Below are positions 24,271 through 54,833 of a DNA stretch of 64,000 nt, one piece after another. The stretch is from Vicugna vicugna (Eukaryota), in contig MU058221.1 of assembly GCA_013265495.1 (NCBI GenBank), positions 5,006,066-5,070,065 of the forward strand, given 5' to 3'. Numbering within the stretch: the stretch's first letter is position 1; the number at the start of each line of letters is the position of its first letter. The notes beneath the pieces are model-generated. The model was not told the origin of the DNA and made no database searches. It saw only the letters and a list, made by a program, of their open reading frames with translations. A program made the position numbers and the translations under genes.

Positions 24271-24391
24271 TCTTTAAGGTGTGGAGCCAGTTTCTAGATT
24301 CAGTACTTATTCCAAGAGTGTAAGCTTCAGCAAGCTTAAACTTAAAATCATTCCCCTTAATGCAGCTCCTTGCCTAAAGTGGATGCATCTT

Positions 24392-24543
24392 AAAAATAGC
24401 ACAGGGAACTATATTCAATATCTTGTAGTAGCCTACAATGGAAAGTAATCTGAAAAAATCCATGTATATAGCATAACTGAATCACTGCTGTACACCTGAA
24501 ACTAACAACATTGTAAGTCAACTATACTTCAATTTTTAAAAAG
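24392..24543 (+). mobile_element. L1 3'-end fragment
   Basis: AGCACAGGGAACTATATTCAATATCTTGTA...ACTGAATCAC...CAACTATACTTCAAT plus A tail. Confidence 0.75.
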
Positions 24544-26058
24544 TGGGTACACCATAAATCCTTAATTTGGAAAGGATCTGTCCTTAAGGATGGCCGTTTC
24601 CTCAGGCCCAGCTATAAGGAACCAGTAGGAGTGACTCTGTAACTTGTACTTGCTGTTTGACAGTTTCTGCTCTTTTCTTCCTCTGATACAGGTAGTAACT
24701 ATTTCTATTGGAGCCCCCAGCAGCGCTCTAGCCACAGCTGAGATTTGCAGGTGTGTCAAGCTGGTCATGCTTCGACGCTTCTTGATTCATTTCGTGCCCA
24801 GTAACAGAAGAGCCTTCTTGAGATTGCTGCTACCATACCTGCCTCTCACCTTCCCAAGGGTGGGTGATACGTGTTTTGTCATATGCTGTCATGGAAGTCA
24901 AGGGGGAGGGAAAGGAAAAGGAGGCAGATACCAGGACCCCAGAGGACATGGAGAGAGCTAGATCCTGGGATGCCATGACTAAACCGCACTGCCCTTCTCC
25001 CTCAGTTACCCTGGGCCAAATGTCCAGCCCAAAAGCCAGGAGATATTCCTGCTCCTGGTGTTAGGAATCAGTGTGTCCTGCCTCCTGATAAAGATTCCAG
25101 TTTGTCACCTGCAGCCAGAATCCAGATCGTTTGCCCACAATGGAGGGCTGACCTCAGAGCCGTGCCACCCTCCTTCTTCAGTCACCCAAGTCTATGAGGT
25201 GTGCCTGTCAGTTGTAGGTGGGCCATCTGCCTGTTTATCCGGATTTTTGTTGTGACGGGCATCCATGGTGTCCAGTTCCCTGCGGTGAGGTACGGGCCTG
25301 TCCAGACCTCTTCCTAAGGTCACGTCATAGGAGGAAAGACTTAATGTTGACCAGACTGTCTAGGCAGCTGTCACATGTACGATACTGGTGAGAGCTGAGG
25401 CAGGGTAGGCATTGCGTTGATTTTTGAGTTTCTACCATCAAAGGAACCGAATCAAATGTCAGGCCCAACCTGTGCTGAGACCTGAGCAAAGCCTGAGAGT
25501 TTCAGCTAAGACCATTCAACAGCGTGCCACCCGTTAGCCTCAGCCTCTGATAGGCTGCCCCAGATCCCAGTAACTTCACATCAGAAACAGACCCCACCAC
25601 TTACCCTGGGGCCCTCCCTCCTGGGCACTGAGATTCCAGCCCTCAGAATCCTGCAGGGACCTCTTCTTTCTGTTCAGTGACAGGGCAAGTAAGAGAAAGG
25701 CATTTGACTAAAGCAGCCTGTTTATTCAGAATATGTTTACAGCTGCCTAAACATTTTTAAAGTCAATTTTTCCCAACAGAGCATAACTAAATGATGAAAC
25801 CAGTTTTCTTCTTTAATTTTTTCCCAGGGCTGAGGCTCCAGAGACCTCAGGGACTGCTTTCAATACTCACAGAAACCTACACCCTGGTGATGGCACAAAG
25901 GGACTGTTTTCTTGCTCTTAGTCTGAATGCTGCCAAGAAGGAAGGCAAAGATAGGACAACCAGATCTCAGGCTGTCCCCATAGCTTCTAATCTCAGACCT
26001 CATTCAACTCCTTTCTGAGCCCAAGGACAGAGCTCTCTTGAACAAATGATTTTGAGTC

Positions 26059-42614
<16,556 letters not shown>

Positions 42615-43070
42615 CCCACCCCCGCAGCTGACTGACGGGGAGCCTTGAAGGGGCTTTCGGCGGGCGCCCCGTGGCTGGGCCAGTCCCCTTCCCGCCCTAG
42701 CGGAAGGGATGTAGGAAGCCTGTGAGCCTGGTCAGGGGAGCCAAGGACCCTCACCTGCATGAGGTACTAGGGGCTGTTCGATTTGACCCACTCCCCGCAG
42801 ACCTGCCCCCAGAGCAAGGAGGCCTTTGCCTAATCGTAGCCGGGCCGCAGCTTCCAGAGTCGAGTTCCAGGTAGTCTCAGTGCGAGTGACTGGTCGTGAG
42901 GCGGGACCCCCTCGGGGTGTTCCGCACAGCCCCACGTGGGGGATGTTCCCAAGCAGAGGTGCTGAAATTCTGGCTCCCCACGGGCTTTCAGGCCCCAGGG
43001 GTCCACAGGACAGGGACCAGACGGGGACTGAGTCAGAATGTGAAGGGAGAGGGTAGCAGTGGCGGCTGAC

Positions 43071-43094
43071 GGGGGGGGGGGGGGGGGGGGGGGG
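43071..43094 (+). repeat. G24 homopolymer in the ELMOD3 3' UTR
   Basis: 24 consecutive G. Confidence 0.95.
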
Positions 43095-43405
43095 ACAGCG
43101 TGAACCAGAGCTGCCCGAGAGCGCAGCTGGGCCTGCTGTCCTCCTCCGTCCCCCAGGCCAGTTAGAGGGAGAGGGGGCCCCTCTGAGCGTCTCTGGCCTT
43201 GCTCTCTTCCCCCCCTCACTTCCCATCCCTCCCCGTCCCCGCCGTTTGGGATACACAGCCAGGCGCCAGGCCAGGTGTCTCTGCTACCGCCCACCCTGTC
43301 GTCTCATCTAGCTGGGCTCCCCGGCGGAGGCTGTGCGGGTCCCATCAGGGAGGGGTTTCTGGCCTGGCTGAGGGAAGGAGGAAGCTCACATACGAGCAGT
43401 TTTTG

Positions 43406-43411
43406 AATAAA
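43406..43411 (+). terminator. Probable ELMOD3 polyadenylation signal
   Basis: AATAAA ~790 nt after the stop, followed by GU/U-rich sequence. Confidence 0.7.
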
Positions 43412-44441
43412 AGAGTTGTTCTGGGTTAAGGGTCTCAAGTTTTGTCCTTCCTAACAAGCTTCGCACCTTCCTGTGGCCCTTTTATCCCAGGGTCCCCATT
43501 AGAACCAGGCACGCGGCCCAGCGACAGCCTAGTTCTCCCCTGCACTGGTCACAGGCCCCCGAGAGAAGGCTGCTCTGCCCTGGCCAGACTCCCGCCGAGT
43601 TCATAGGCTTTCCGGCCGCACCCTGCTGTGACCGCGGGCCCCGAGGGTGGGCCAGGACAGCTGCAGTCCCACCAGGCCTCGCAGACTCCCGTCCCTCTGA
43701 TCCAGGCTTAGCTTACACAGCTCTCGCCTTGCTCCTGCCCCGCCGGTTCACACCCTCCAGGGTAAGACTGCTTTGGGGCCACTCCATTCTCCCCTTGTTT
43801 CGCTCTCTAACCTCTTTGATAGTCCAGCCACCACCCCATTACACAAGAGGATGAACTAGAGCCTGGACAAGGAAGAGCTACTTGCCCGGGAGCAAACAGG
43901 CAGGTGAGAACCAGAACCTATGACCCTCGACGCTAGTCTGATGCTTTTCCCCACGTGGCCCTGAGCTCATCAGCTGAACACACGATGCAGCGTGCTTATG
44001 ACGTGGCAAGCTGGACTCCTGCACAGAGGACTTGCCTTTTGCTTGGCAAACATACGTCATTTGGAAGCTGCCTTGCAGTGGTTTATTAGGGCATCTGAGT
44101 TAATAACTGGCTTGAATGGAGATGCATCCCATGCCTGCCGCCACAGTCTTGTCCCCATTGGGAACGTGAGACCAAACTGAGCCCCAGGCTGAAAGTGCCC
44201 CGAGGCCTGGCCCTGCGCCACCGCCCTCCTGGGTTCACGGCAGTGCCTGCCAGGCCCGCTGGACTCCTGGCCCCTCTGCCTGAACCCTGCAAAGCCAGCT
44301 CTGGCCCCTCAGAGGCTGTGGAATTGTCATCTGGGTCCCGCCCCGCCCAGCGTGGGGATGAGCCGGGTGAACAGGCGGGGCAGGGAGAGTGAGCCTGGGG
44401 GCAGGCAGTGTAGGCAGAGAGCAGGAAGGGCGCTGGTCTCC

Positions 44442-44447
44442 TTTATT
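44442..44447 (-). terminator. Probable CAPG polyadenylation signal
   Basis: AATAAA on the minus strand ~85 nt after the CAPG stop. Confidence 0.75.
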
Positions 44448-44530
44448 GAGCATCCGCGGGGGCACCTCGGCACTGACCGGGAAGGCAGAGTAGCCAGCAG
44501 GCAGGCAGTGGGGCAGGGAGACACCTGCCT

Positions 44531-47500
44531 TCATTTCCAGTCCTTGAAGAATTGCTTGAAGATGGGACTCTCGCGGCCCTGGGGCAGAATCTCCACCTGC
44601 AGGGACAGCAGAGGATGTCTCGCTCACAAGGGGGCCACCTCTGCCTCTGTGGAGGGCCAGGGCCATGGAGGAGGGTGCCGGGCACTAGGCCTGAGCTGAC
44701 ACGCCACCCAGACCAGGGATGCTCCTCCAGATAAGCCAAGAGATGAGCAAGATTACAGGCATGCAGGCTGAGAAAACAGACTGCTTCAAGGACTCGGGTG
44801 CAGGTCGAGAGGGGCACCAATTGCACACGGGCTTTACCAGCTCTCCTCAGAATGACCTGTGGTGTCACTGGGCTGGGGCAAGAAGGGGCGGTACCAGCTA
44901 GGGACCACAGCCCAGAGGAGGCGCATGTGCTGTCCAGAGGCACACAGGCTCGCTGGGCTCCCGGGGGAGTGGTGCCCAGCACCCCCTTAGAAAATAGCAC
45001 ATATTGTAAATCTCTGAAGGGCTGAGAGGGGTTTTCCCACTGGGCAGGTCTGGGAGGGAGGCCTGGCTGCTCCTGACTGTGCCCCAGGCCTTCCTGCCCT
45101 CCTTGTCCCATCCGAGAGGCGGGAGGCCATGGGGAGGGCCCCAGGAGGGGGGCACGGGGGCACGGGGATCGCCTCACCTGAGTGTTTGCGGGGTACCGCA
45201 TGCGGGAGATGAAGTCCTCGGCAACCTGCAGGGCTGCCTGCCGCTCCTTCTCGTTAGCTTTTCGCCCTGGATCATAGGGAGGAGAGTTTTCCAAAGAGCA
45301 GGGCCCCTCTCTTGCCCACATCCCATTTCTCTTGAGATTTAAGGGGGTCCACAGAATAGCTGGCACCTTTGAAAATAAATGGACCAGGGGTATCTCAGTG
45401 GCAGAGTGTGTGCTTAGCATGTGCAAGGTCCTGGGTTCAATCCCTAGTACCTCCATAAAATAAAGTAAGATAAGATAAAATAAAAAATAAACTAAAATAA
45501 AAAATTAAACCAAATTAAGTAAAATAATCAAATTAAATAAAATGATAAAATAAAATAAAAGGACCAGGAGGTGCTAAGAATGCTGAAGGGCTCTCTGGAG
45601 GTGGGAGGTCAGCCCCTCCCAACCTGGCAGCTCCAGATGAAACCTGCCCTCTGCCCGCTCTAATCGTCAAAGCCTTCTGCTCAGACCAGGGCCCCAGGGA
45701 AATTCCAGGAGAACCAATGTCTCCCTGGCATCAGACTCCAAGGCCCCTCGCCTCTTGAGTCTGTCAACTGCACTGTTGTCAAGCCTTTTTCGTAAAACTA
45801 AACAGGACCAAAGGGTGTGATTTACTATCCATCTTACTCCCACAAAGCCAGATGCCAACATCAGCTTAATGGTTATGCCAGCAAAGAGCAATAAAAGGGA
45901 ACAGCCCGGTCCTCCCTCCCGGCCTGCAGGCGGTCCCTTTAACCAAACTGTGCTCCCCTTGTTTTTCCAAGGAAGCAAGGCTCTGTGGTTGGCTCTCCAG
46001 CCAGGCTGTAAAAATCTACTTAGTGAAAATGTATCTGAAATGAATGTGCTGTATCCTGCTTCTGTGATTGCAAGACACTTCTCTTCCTGGCTCCCAAGCT
46101 TCCTGTTTCTCCTCTGGGTTCTCGGTTCTTCTTTGGGATTAAATGCACTCCCGTGGGCATCTGGGAACATCACCTCCCACCCCCATGGGCAGAACTGGTT
46201 CCGCGGGAAAGGTACCCAGAGGCAGGGTACCTTTCCCAGCAGCACTTCTCCCCCTCCCCGACCCGCTTACCTCTTAGAAATCTGCCCGGCCTCGTGCCAC
46301 TCCTGACCTGTCCCTGAGGCAACAGTGTTACTGCCCTGTAGCTGCCAGGCTAGAACACCTCATACTCACCCTCCTGGCTGAGACTTTCTCTTGGTTTTGC
46401 TTGACCCCGCAAATATTTACTGAGCAAATGCTATCTCCTCAAGACAGCAGAGAGAATATGTTTCCTGCTTTCAAGAGGTTTCTAATCTGGGCAGGGTGAT
46501 GGGACATCCAAGAAAAGACAGCACAGAGAAGTGGCCCCCTGTATCTCTCAGAGACCCAGAGCTTTGTTTCAACATTTTCAGAGTGGGATCTAGCCAACAG
46601 GCTTCCGCACAGCAGTGTCTTATTTCCAGCCAGTGCAATCTCCCGGGAAAACGAGTTCTACTGGTTTACTATCCACTGCGTAAAGGGAGATTTAATATCT
46701 AAAGTCTGTCTGTCACACCGCAAGGTAGAATGGTAGGAACGGGGGTCCCAGCAGCCCTGAAGGCCCAGGAGAGCTCTGTGCCAGTGGTCCTCAACATGCG
46801 GTCCCTGGACTGGCGGCACGGCCTGGGAACCGGTTAGATGGTTAGACGTGCAAATTCTCAGGCTCCGCCCGACACCTTGTGAATCAGAATCTCATGGGGT
46901 GGGGTCCAGCTATGGGTTTTAACAGGCCCTCGGGTGCTTCTGAGGCAGGCTAAAGGTTCAGAACCTTTGCCTGGAATTAAGGAGCCAGGACGGCAAAGAG
47001 AAACCCCTCAGCCATGGAGGCGCCCTGAGGCTGCCTCTGAAAGCCGTCGGCTGGCTGAGCCCTGCTGTGGGGAGCCCCCCGGGTCAGAGCAGCCGCAGGG
47101 GTCTCAGGTCGGGGTGGAGAAGCCCCACGTACCCTTCCAGATGTAGATCTTGCCACAGAGCCCGTTGTCCAGCACAAAGCAGTCGTCGGGGATCAGCAGC
47201 TCAAGGGCAAAGGGGCTGGAGTCGGCCACCTTGGTCAGGTTCATCTGCCCGGTGGCATCAGAGACCTGGGGGAGAGTGGGCAGCGCTGGATCACCCTCCT
47301 CCCCGCAGCACACGGAGCAGGCCGCCTCTCCACCCACGGCCCCAGGCCAGAGCAGCAGACCTGACCAGAGGAATCACGGCAGGCAAATCCTGGGCCCCAC
47401 CCCACCCTCACTTCACCCTCAGTCACTGCCTCCCAGAGCCCCCAAGTTCCTTTGGAAATTGAGGAGACTCCAAATTAACAAACAAGTGCAAAGCATTCAA

Positions 47501-50373
47501 AACAGTAAAGCTTGGCTTGTTTCAAACCTCCTTCTCCAGAAGGGCGGAAGTGACTGGCGCGCCTCTCCTCGGGGGCCCGGCCTCCGCCCACTTCCCATCC
47601 TCCTCTCCCTCCGAGCCCTGGGTAAACCAGCCTGGTGCCAGGCCCAGCCTGCCCGCTGCTTTCTCCTCTCCCTTCAGCCCCACGCACACCAGGCTTACAC
47701 CCCCTGCCGGGTCCCAGGGCAGGCCCGGAGCGCCCACCTTATACAGGGCCGCAGCCTGGGCGTTTGTCCGGTCGGCTGTGAGGTCTTCCTCGGGGTTGCC
47801 CTCCTTCAGAGCCGGCTTGGGGCCCAGGACCTGCAGGGGCCAGGGCAGGCCATGTTTCCAGGGATTCCCGGGCACCTGGCCTGGACCTTCCCACCCCATC
47901 AGGCCCAGGGCCACCGCCTCTGGTGGGACAAACTGCGTCTGCTGCACAAGGGTGCCAGGCAGAGGTGGGGAGGGCTAGGTCCACCTGCCCGGCCACCGGT
48001 CTCTCCACCCTCAGGGAGACTTGACTCTGAGTCCCACCAAGGTAGCCACTGAGCTAGCCAAGCCCTGAGCAGCGCCCCACCCACCACCTCCGGGTCAGCC
48101 CCCCAGCTGATCACTGCCTCTCTCAGGAGCTTCCAAGCAGAGGCCACCGGCCAAGTCCTCTCAACCTGGATCATGTCGGCAGGCTCCTCCCCGTCAGTGA
48201 TGATCTCCACCTGGGCCTTGCCCTGCCGCTCACTGTCCCGGATGGCCAGGGCCAGGTCCCGCGCCTTGTTACGCTCCAAGATGTTGGACTTTGCACCACA
48301 CCAGGTGAAGATGTTCTGGAGGGCAGTAGGGAGGATCAGGTTAGAGCCAGCTGCCTGTGTCCACAGAGCTAACTGTCCTCGGAGGCAAGACGATCAAAGA
48401 CAAGCAAGGGCCATGGCCTCTCTGGGAACGGGAATGACAGTCTGTGCAAGAGGGTTTCTCCATCTCCGTCTGGCTTTATGTTTCTCTATATCACGTATGT
48501 CATACATTTAAACATCTTTATCTTGTTTATAATCTATCTTCCCTGACTAGAAAGCAAAACTCAAGAGGGCATGAGTGTTTTGTTTTGCTTAGCCTGGCCC
48601 ACTGCTGTGTGCCCCCTGCCAAAACAGAAACTGGTACGTATTTAGGCCCAGAACAAACATTTATTGTCTATTTATTGAATATTATTTGTTGAGTGAATAA
48701 ATGGCATCCCTGGGCCCAGAATCTCACACGCCTCTGCACCCCTACCAGGCACGGCCCTCATCGCCTCTCCTGAGACTTCCTTCCTCTTCCAGACTTGCTT
48801 CCAAACAGCACCTGGGTTAGATCCCTCTATGCTGACGACATGCATGTCTCCACCCTCCTCCCCTTCAGTGCCTTGGCTCACCTGTCCCTTCCTGGAATGG
48901 CATTTCCCCTCTGGGAAGGTCCAGTCAAATGGCGCCTTCCTGGGGCAGTGACTCTGGCTTAGGCCAGAGGGCCCCTCCCTGCCCCAAGCCTCCCCCCAGC
49001 ACAGCCACTCCTTCTCTTAGGACCTTCATCACATCCAGGCATGAGGTCACAGCCAGTGATGGACCCGCAATTTGTGGTCCCCAGGCCGGCTGAGAGCAGG
49101 GTCATCAATTCACTGAGTGAGGGATGAGTGGACTGATGAGCGCACGGTCTGGTGGGCAGCTAACTCAGACCCACAGAGGCTCCAGAAGGAGAGAGTAGCT
49201 TCTAGTATTAGAGGCAATGGCTAGACAGCGGAGGGAGGCTTCTGTCCTTACAAATAGGAGGCTGTCTCTAATGGCTGCAGTGGTCCGCTCGCAGTGTGCT
49301 TACATCTTCTCAGCCTCTCTCCCCCTGCCTTTGCCTCTGGGTCCCCGCCCTTTCCAAACGCAGTGCCAGCCCGGCGGGTGCTCGGTCGGCCCTGCCCCCC
49401 ACCTGGCCCAGGTCGAGGATGAAGCAGTCCCCTGTGTTGAAGCTGTCCCAGCTCAGCGGCCGCTCGGTGGCCCGGATGTTCTTCTTCCCTTTCACCTGGT
49501 ACAGCTTCCTGATGGCAGCCGGGGCGGCCCCTGGGGAGGTCTTGTGAAACGCTGACTCCACGCCACCTTCCTGCAGCCCAAATGGCCAGCCTGAGTGGGC
49601 TGACCCAAGGCCTGAGCATCCCACACCCCGTCCCCCCGGGAGGCGGGCAGAGAGGCGGGGAGCACCCTGCCCCAAGGGGGCACAGGCCTTTCGCAGGGCA
49701 AGGACCAGCTGGAAGTGGGGCCGGCTCTGAGAGAACCGCGGGAGGCGGGCTCTGACCTGGTACTTGAGGCCGTGCGGGAAGTAGCTCATGAAGAGGTCGG
49801 ACTCGTTGCCCTGCACCTCCCGGTGCTGCACAGGCCGCTCCCCGAGCAGGGTGTTGAGGTGCACGGCCAGCACGGCGCAGGCCCCCTGCTCATCGCGGGA
49901 TGACTGCTGGCCTGGGGCGGGTGGGAGGTGGCAGGGCACGGCCCGTGAGACCCATGCCGGCCCCGGGCCCTGCCCGGGCCAGTCTCCCAACCAGTCCTCC
50001 CAGCGCCCTTACCTACCTATCCACAGGTGCAGGTGGGAGAGCTCTTCCAGGCCATTGTACAGCACTAGGTAGGAGTCCCCAGAGAAGAAGATGCCCTGGT
50101 TCTCTCGGGCCACTGGCACTGGCTTCAGCTTCTCCACCCGCCATACGTGCAGGCCGGGGTGCCGCACCGAGGCTGGGAACGGAGAGCTGCTGCGGGAGGG
50201 GAGAGGGTCGGCGGGGGACAAGGCCCCTGAGGAATAAGCCCAAGCAGAGAGACCTGGGCAGGCCGGGGGACCGGGAGGTGGGGGAGAGGAGGGGCAGCCC
50301 TTGGAAGTGAAGAAGGGGAGGGGTGAAACGGGATGGGGAGCACAGCCTACCTCTGAGGGCCGGGTGTGTACAT
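44531..50373 (-). CDS. CAPG: Macrophage-capping protein (gelsolin family), 349 aa
   Basis: Coding exons (minus): 50373-50351, 50189-50017, 49911-49757, 49570-49403, 48315-48166, 47830-47738, 47265-47133, 45266-45178, 44596-44531 = 1050 nt, in frame. Gelsolin-repeat motifs [46 protein letters not shown]; end ...FKQFFKDWK*. The ATG exon acceptor is at 50387-50388. Confidence 0.97.
45387..45560 (+). mobile_element. tRNA-Ala-derived SINE with a long (TAAAA)n tail
   Basis: Head consensus; TSD AAATAAA(T/A)GGACCAGG on both sides. Confidence 0.9.
46781..46970. mobile_element. MER5A-like hAT-Charlie relic
   Basis: CAGTGGTCCTCAA...GCAAATTCTCAGGC...GAATCAGAATCT...TTTTAACAGGCCCTC pattern. Confidence 0.7.
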
Positions 50374-50714
50374 GCTGTTTCCGGATCTGAAAAGACAGAA
50401 GAAGCCATTATTATTACAAATGCTGTTCCAACCACCCTTCACGTTAGTCTGGGGAGATCTTCCAGGTGGCCAAGTGCCTTCATACTCATCAACTAAGTCA
50501 CCTGCAAGAACTCAAGAGGAGATTATCTTTGGCTCCATCATGCAGGGAAAGAAACTGAGGCAAAGAGAGTCTAAATCCCAAGTCACACACTTGAGTGACT
50601 AGTGAGTGGCTGGTGACAACCAGGTTTCTGGCTCCTGGACCAGTATCCTCCCCTTGCTGTGACCTCTCGGCCACACCTCTCTTCTGCTTCCAGACTCCTA
50701 ACTCGGCATCACAC

Positions 50715-51745
50715 GAGGCAATAACTGCTTACATCTGAAAAGTCTAAAAGTCAATGACTTAATAAATAAATAGAGAACAACAAAACAAGAGAAAATCAAG
50801 AAGCTGATTTTGGGAAAAATCATTAAAATTGATGATCTTTTAGGGAGGTGGGTATAGCTCAGGGGCAGAGGGTATGCATAGCATGTATGAGGTCCTGGGT
50901 TCAACCCCCAGGACTTCCATTAAGAAAAGAAGAAGAAAAAAATGATGACCCTTTAGACAAACTGACTACGAAAAAGAAAAGACACAAATTTCCAGTACAG
51001 GGCTATGACCATCACTTCAGATTCTACAAGCATTAAAAGGCTAAAGAGAATATTCCAAAAACTGTACGCCAATATATTCAACAACTTGTGTGAAATGGGG
51101 AAGAAGTCCTTAAAGGGCGCAAATTGTGAACGTTCACTCAAAAAGAAATAGATTATCTGAATAGTTCTAATATCTATTAAAGAAATTGAAACTGTACTTA
51201 AAAACTAACTCCCCTCCAAAACATTCCATGTCCAGATGAATTCTACCAAAAACTTAAGGAAGAGATAATACCGGATCTACACTCTTCCAGAAAACGGGAG
51301 AGAGCCCCTCACAATTCATCCTCTGCTGCCACCATTATCCTGAGATAACAAAACCAGATCAACGTATTACAGAAAAGAAGATTCAACCAAGATACCCCAG
51401 GAACACAGAAACAAAAAAAATTAACAAAATTTTAGCACACACAATTTAGAAATATATAAAAAGCTAAAACATCATGACTAAATGAGGTTTATCCCAGGAA
51501 TGCAAAGTCGGTTCAGCATCTGAAAATAAATCAATAGAATCCACTCTATTAACCAACCACGTCAACAATTATAAAATCATCTCAACAGAAGCAGAAAGGG
51601 GATTAAGAAAAAATCTACCTCCATTCTTGATTAAAACAACCCAAAGCTTTCAGCAAACTAGGAATAGAAGGGCACCTACCAAAACCAACCACCCAACCGA
51701 ACAAAAAACCTCAGGGCAAAAAACCCTACAGCTAACATCAGACTT
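50715..51745 (+). mobile_element. Degenerate L1 ORF2 fragment
   Basis: A-rich; includes TTTATCCCAGGAATGCAAAG (FIPGMQ RT-domain motif) and ATCATCTCAACAGAAGCAGAAAG; multiple stops. Confidence 0.8.
50843..50942 (+). mobile_element. tRNA-Ala-derived SINE nested in L1
   Basis: Degenerate head; TSD-like TGATGA(T/C)C(T/C)TTTAG on both sides. Confidence 0.8.
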
Positions 51746-54700
51746 ACTGCTGTCTCTAATGCTAAGCTCCCTCCCCGGGGAATTTCCCCCATTCCCAGGT
51801 CTCAGTTATCACTTCTGGACGCCCAGCTCCACTCCAACGCCAGGATGGTGAACATCACCTTTATTCTGTAGGTCAGAAAGAGCAACCTTTTCGGGACAAA
51901 AGTTATTTAGGGAGAAAAAAAGTGCTCAAGGCAAGCATTAAAAAAAATGGATTATCTTTGAAAAAATTCCGCAAATGCGGTAGCTATTGCTTCACTCGCT
52001 GTCTTTTTCGTGTATTCCCATCAATAGAGGGTTTCTTCCGTTGGCTGAAATGCGGAACCCACCCCAGCATGCACTGCAGCACAATTCATGCTGTGCAGCC
52101 GAACAGCAGGCCCCTGTGGTGCCAGGGCAGGGCCGGGGATTGCAGCGTTAAAAGGCAAATCGGCACCATAGGAGACTCTTGGGGGCTGCGGAAGCAGGAA
52201 GGGCAAAGAGCAATCTTTGGGGGATGGTTGGGAGAGCAGAGGGCGTTAAGTCTGAGTAGGAAACAGAGGGAGAAATAGGAGCAGTGGTCATGGGTGTAAA
52301 ACACCACATGAATTAAGACTTTCCTATTCCTTCCTAACTTCCAACATAGCTGAAGGCGTTTTTGGAACCACACCTTCCCAAAGGGCGGAGGCAGTGAGGG
52401 GGAGGTTTGGGGGAGGGAAACTTTAGTGGTTCTCCATCCTACAGAGGGTCACATGCTGTCCCCACATCCCATGGGCAGCTCAGCCTATGACTCAGGCCCC
52501 AAGTGGTGAGGTGGCCGCCCACAAGCCCAAGCCATTGGGGAGAGACTGGGGACAGCGGTGGCAGAACAAAAGAGGCCGGCCGAGTGTCGGCTGTTTGTTT
52601 TTTGTGCTGCATTACCAACCTGAGAGCTCAGGCCACAACTCAAAAGCAGGCAGGCCTCCCAGAGCCACTGCAGGGTTTTAATGAGAGAGGCTGGCCGCCT
52701 GCCCCAAGGCTCTCCACCCTGGCCACCCGTTAGAATTATCTCAGGATCTCACAAAAACACAGAGGCCCGGGCCTGGAGATTTGGATTCCACGGGGCCTGT
52801 GCGTCTGCATTTTGAACTGTGTTCCAGATGGTTCTGATGCTGCCAGTTAACTCTGTCCAGAACAGCATCTCACACTTGCTTGCACATTAGTCATCTGGGG
52901 GCTTTAAAAACATCCCAGTGCCCAGGCCAGTTAAAACCAGACTCTCTGGTGTGGAACCCAGGTATCAGCATGGGAGAAGTTCTAACACTGCCCCCGGCCT
53001 TCTGCTCCAGGCTCTTGCAGGCAAGCGTCCACCCGACTTCAGTCCGGCCTGTCACTCCTCTCCCTCCACCCCCTCCGCTCAAGACCACAGCTCCTTTGCT
53101 TCCTCTGCAAAGGAGCTCCACCCTCACGTCCATCAAAGCCCTACCACCCCTCCAGGCCCGCTTCAAGCCCCATCTGTCCGAGGAGGCTTCCAGAACGTTC
53201 TGTAGCCTTTGCCTTCTTTGGGAGTGCTCCCTGACCTCTCACCTAGGAGCATACCCTTCAGTTCCTGCTTACAAGCTGAGAGTGACCTGACAGCTCTGTG
53301 TCTCAACCAGAGCAGGGGACACACCTGGCACTCCTGCACTCCTCAAGCAGCCCACGACAGGGGCTGCGTAACTCCATTCAAGGTCTATGCTGGGAGCTCA
53401 ACACTGGGCAGAATGGGTGGGGAGGGGCACACAAATGAAGAAAGAGACATGCATGTCTCATGGTCTAGCTAATGGGGCGGTGAAGCAGGAAACCATCACA
53501 GCGCAGACAACCCTCCCTAGACTGTCACAGAACCACAGATGTCAGCATTAGAAGGCGAATCCTATTCCACATCTGCCTCCCAAAACCTGGCACAGAAATC
53601 CCTTCTATACACCCCTCGTTATCCTCTTCTTGGACACTTCCCGTGACGGGGAACTCACCACCTCACAAGGCAGCTGCTTCTATACCTTTAAGCCGTTACT
53701 TCTTCCCACTCTACCACAATGTGCTGAGTTGTGGCCACGGCCATCTCTCCCACTAGATTAGAAGGGCTTTGGGGGCAGGAACTGTATTTTGCCTCTTTTG
53801 ATCTGGCTGGAACCTCACACTGTGCCTGGCACCCTGCAGGTGCTCAGAGAAGGAGTTGATTAGCTGGACTTGCTGGGCTCCAATTACTAGACCAAACGGA
53901 GCCTAAGTGCCTACAAGATAGCACAGGATTTCAACAGGCAGGGGCAGCCCTGGAGGCAGAAAGCAGGGCTTAGGGGTCAAGTCAGATCATCATGGGGCTG
54001 GGGGAGGATGTGCGCCCTGCTGGCTGTCCCACAGTCCTGACTTAGGAAGGAGCCGGCCTTCGAGGACATACAGGGGTGGGAGGTCGGTCATGCTGGACAG
54101 CTGTCAGAATGGCCAGTCCTCCCCAGATCCCAATTCCACTGATTCCCAGCAGGTCCCTTCACCTCACCCTCCCTGTCTGCCCTTCCATGTGAAATGCAAC
54201 AGCTCCTACCCCTCTCCCCAATAATGAGTGAGGGGTGGGTGTCGGCACTTCTAGAAAGGAGGCCAGATCCCCCTAGCCTGGAATGTGGGCGTTCGCAGGA
54301 GCTGGGTCCAGAGGCCCGGCCTGGGGACTCCTCAACCAGTGCCCTCGGCCCTGACACCAAGAAGGACTCCAGCCCTTTCCTCAACTCCACCTTCACCTCC
54401 CTCCCTCCACCCTCCCTGAGCCAGACCGAGCCAGACCCTCAGCTGGAGTCTTGCTGAATCTGCAAAATAACGGACTGGGCCACACAGTTAGATCAAATGC
54501 TCGGCCTGCCCCACCCCAGCCAACCACTCCGACCCACTCACCCACAGTCAACACAGCCCTAACTTAGAAACAGGCATCCTCTAATCTGAATGTCCCTCCG
54601 GGCTGGCCGAGGGCCTTTGGGAGTCTGGACACTTGGCGTGGTGGTCTCTGTCCGGAAGCCCCGACCCAGGAGCTCCTTATCAGTATTGTGAACCCAACCC

Positions 54701-54833
54701 ACCTGTGCAGCTAGGAGGCTCCCGTCGGATAATGTATCTGTCCAGACAGGGCAGTGAGCTGAGCACACCAGTCCTGGACAAAGAGGCTTCCAGGAACGTG
54801 AGTTGGCTTCCAGCCCCCGCAGCCAGCCCTCAC

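Noticed and set aside
44443..45456. 337-aa minus-strand ORF
   Set aside because: It starts in a SINE and reads through CAPG exon 45266-45178 into intron; a chimeric artefact.
47150..48052. 300-aa plus-strand ORF
   Set aside because: Antisense to GC-rich CAPG exons and introns, low complexity, no recognisable domain.
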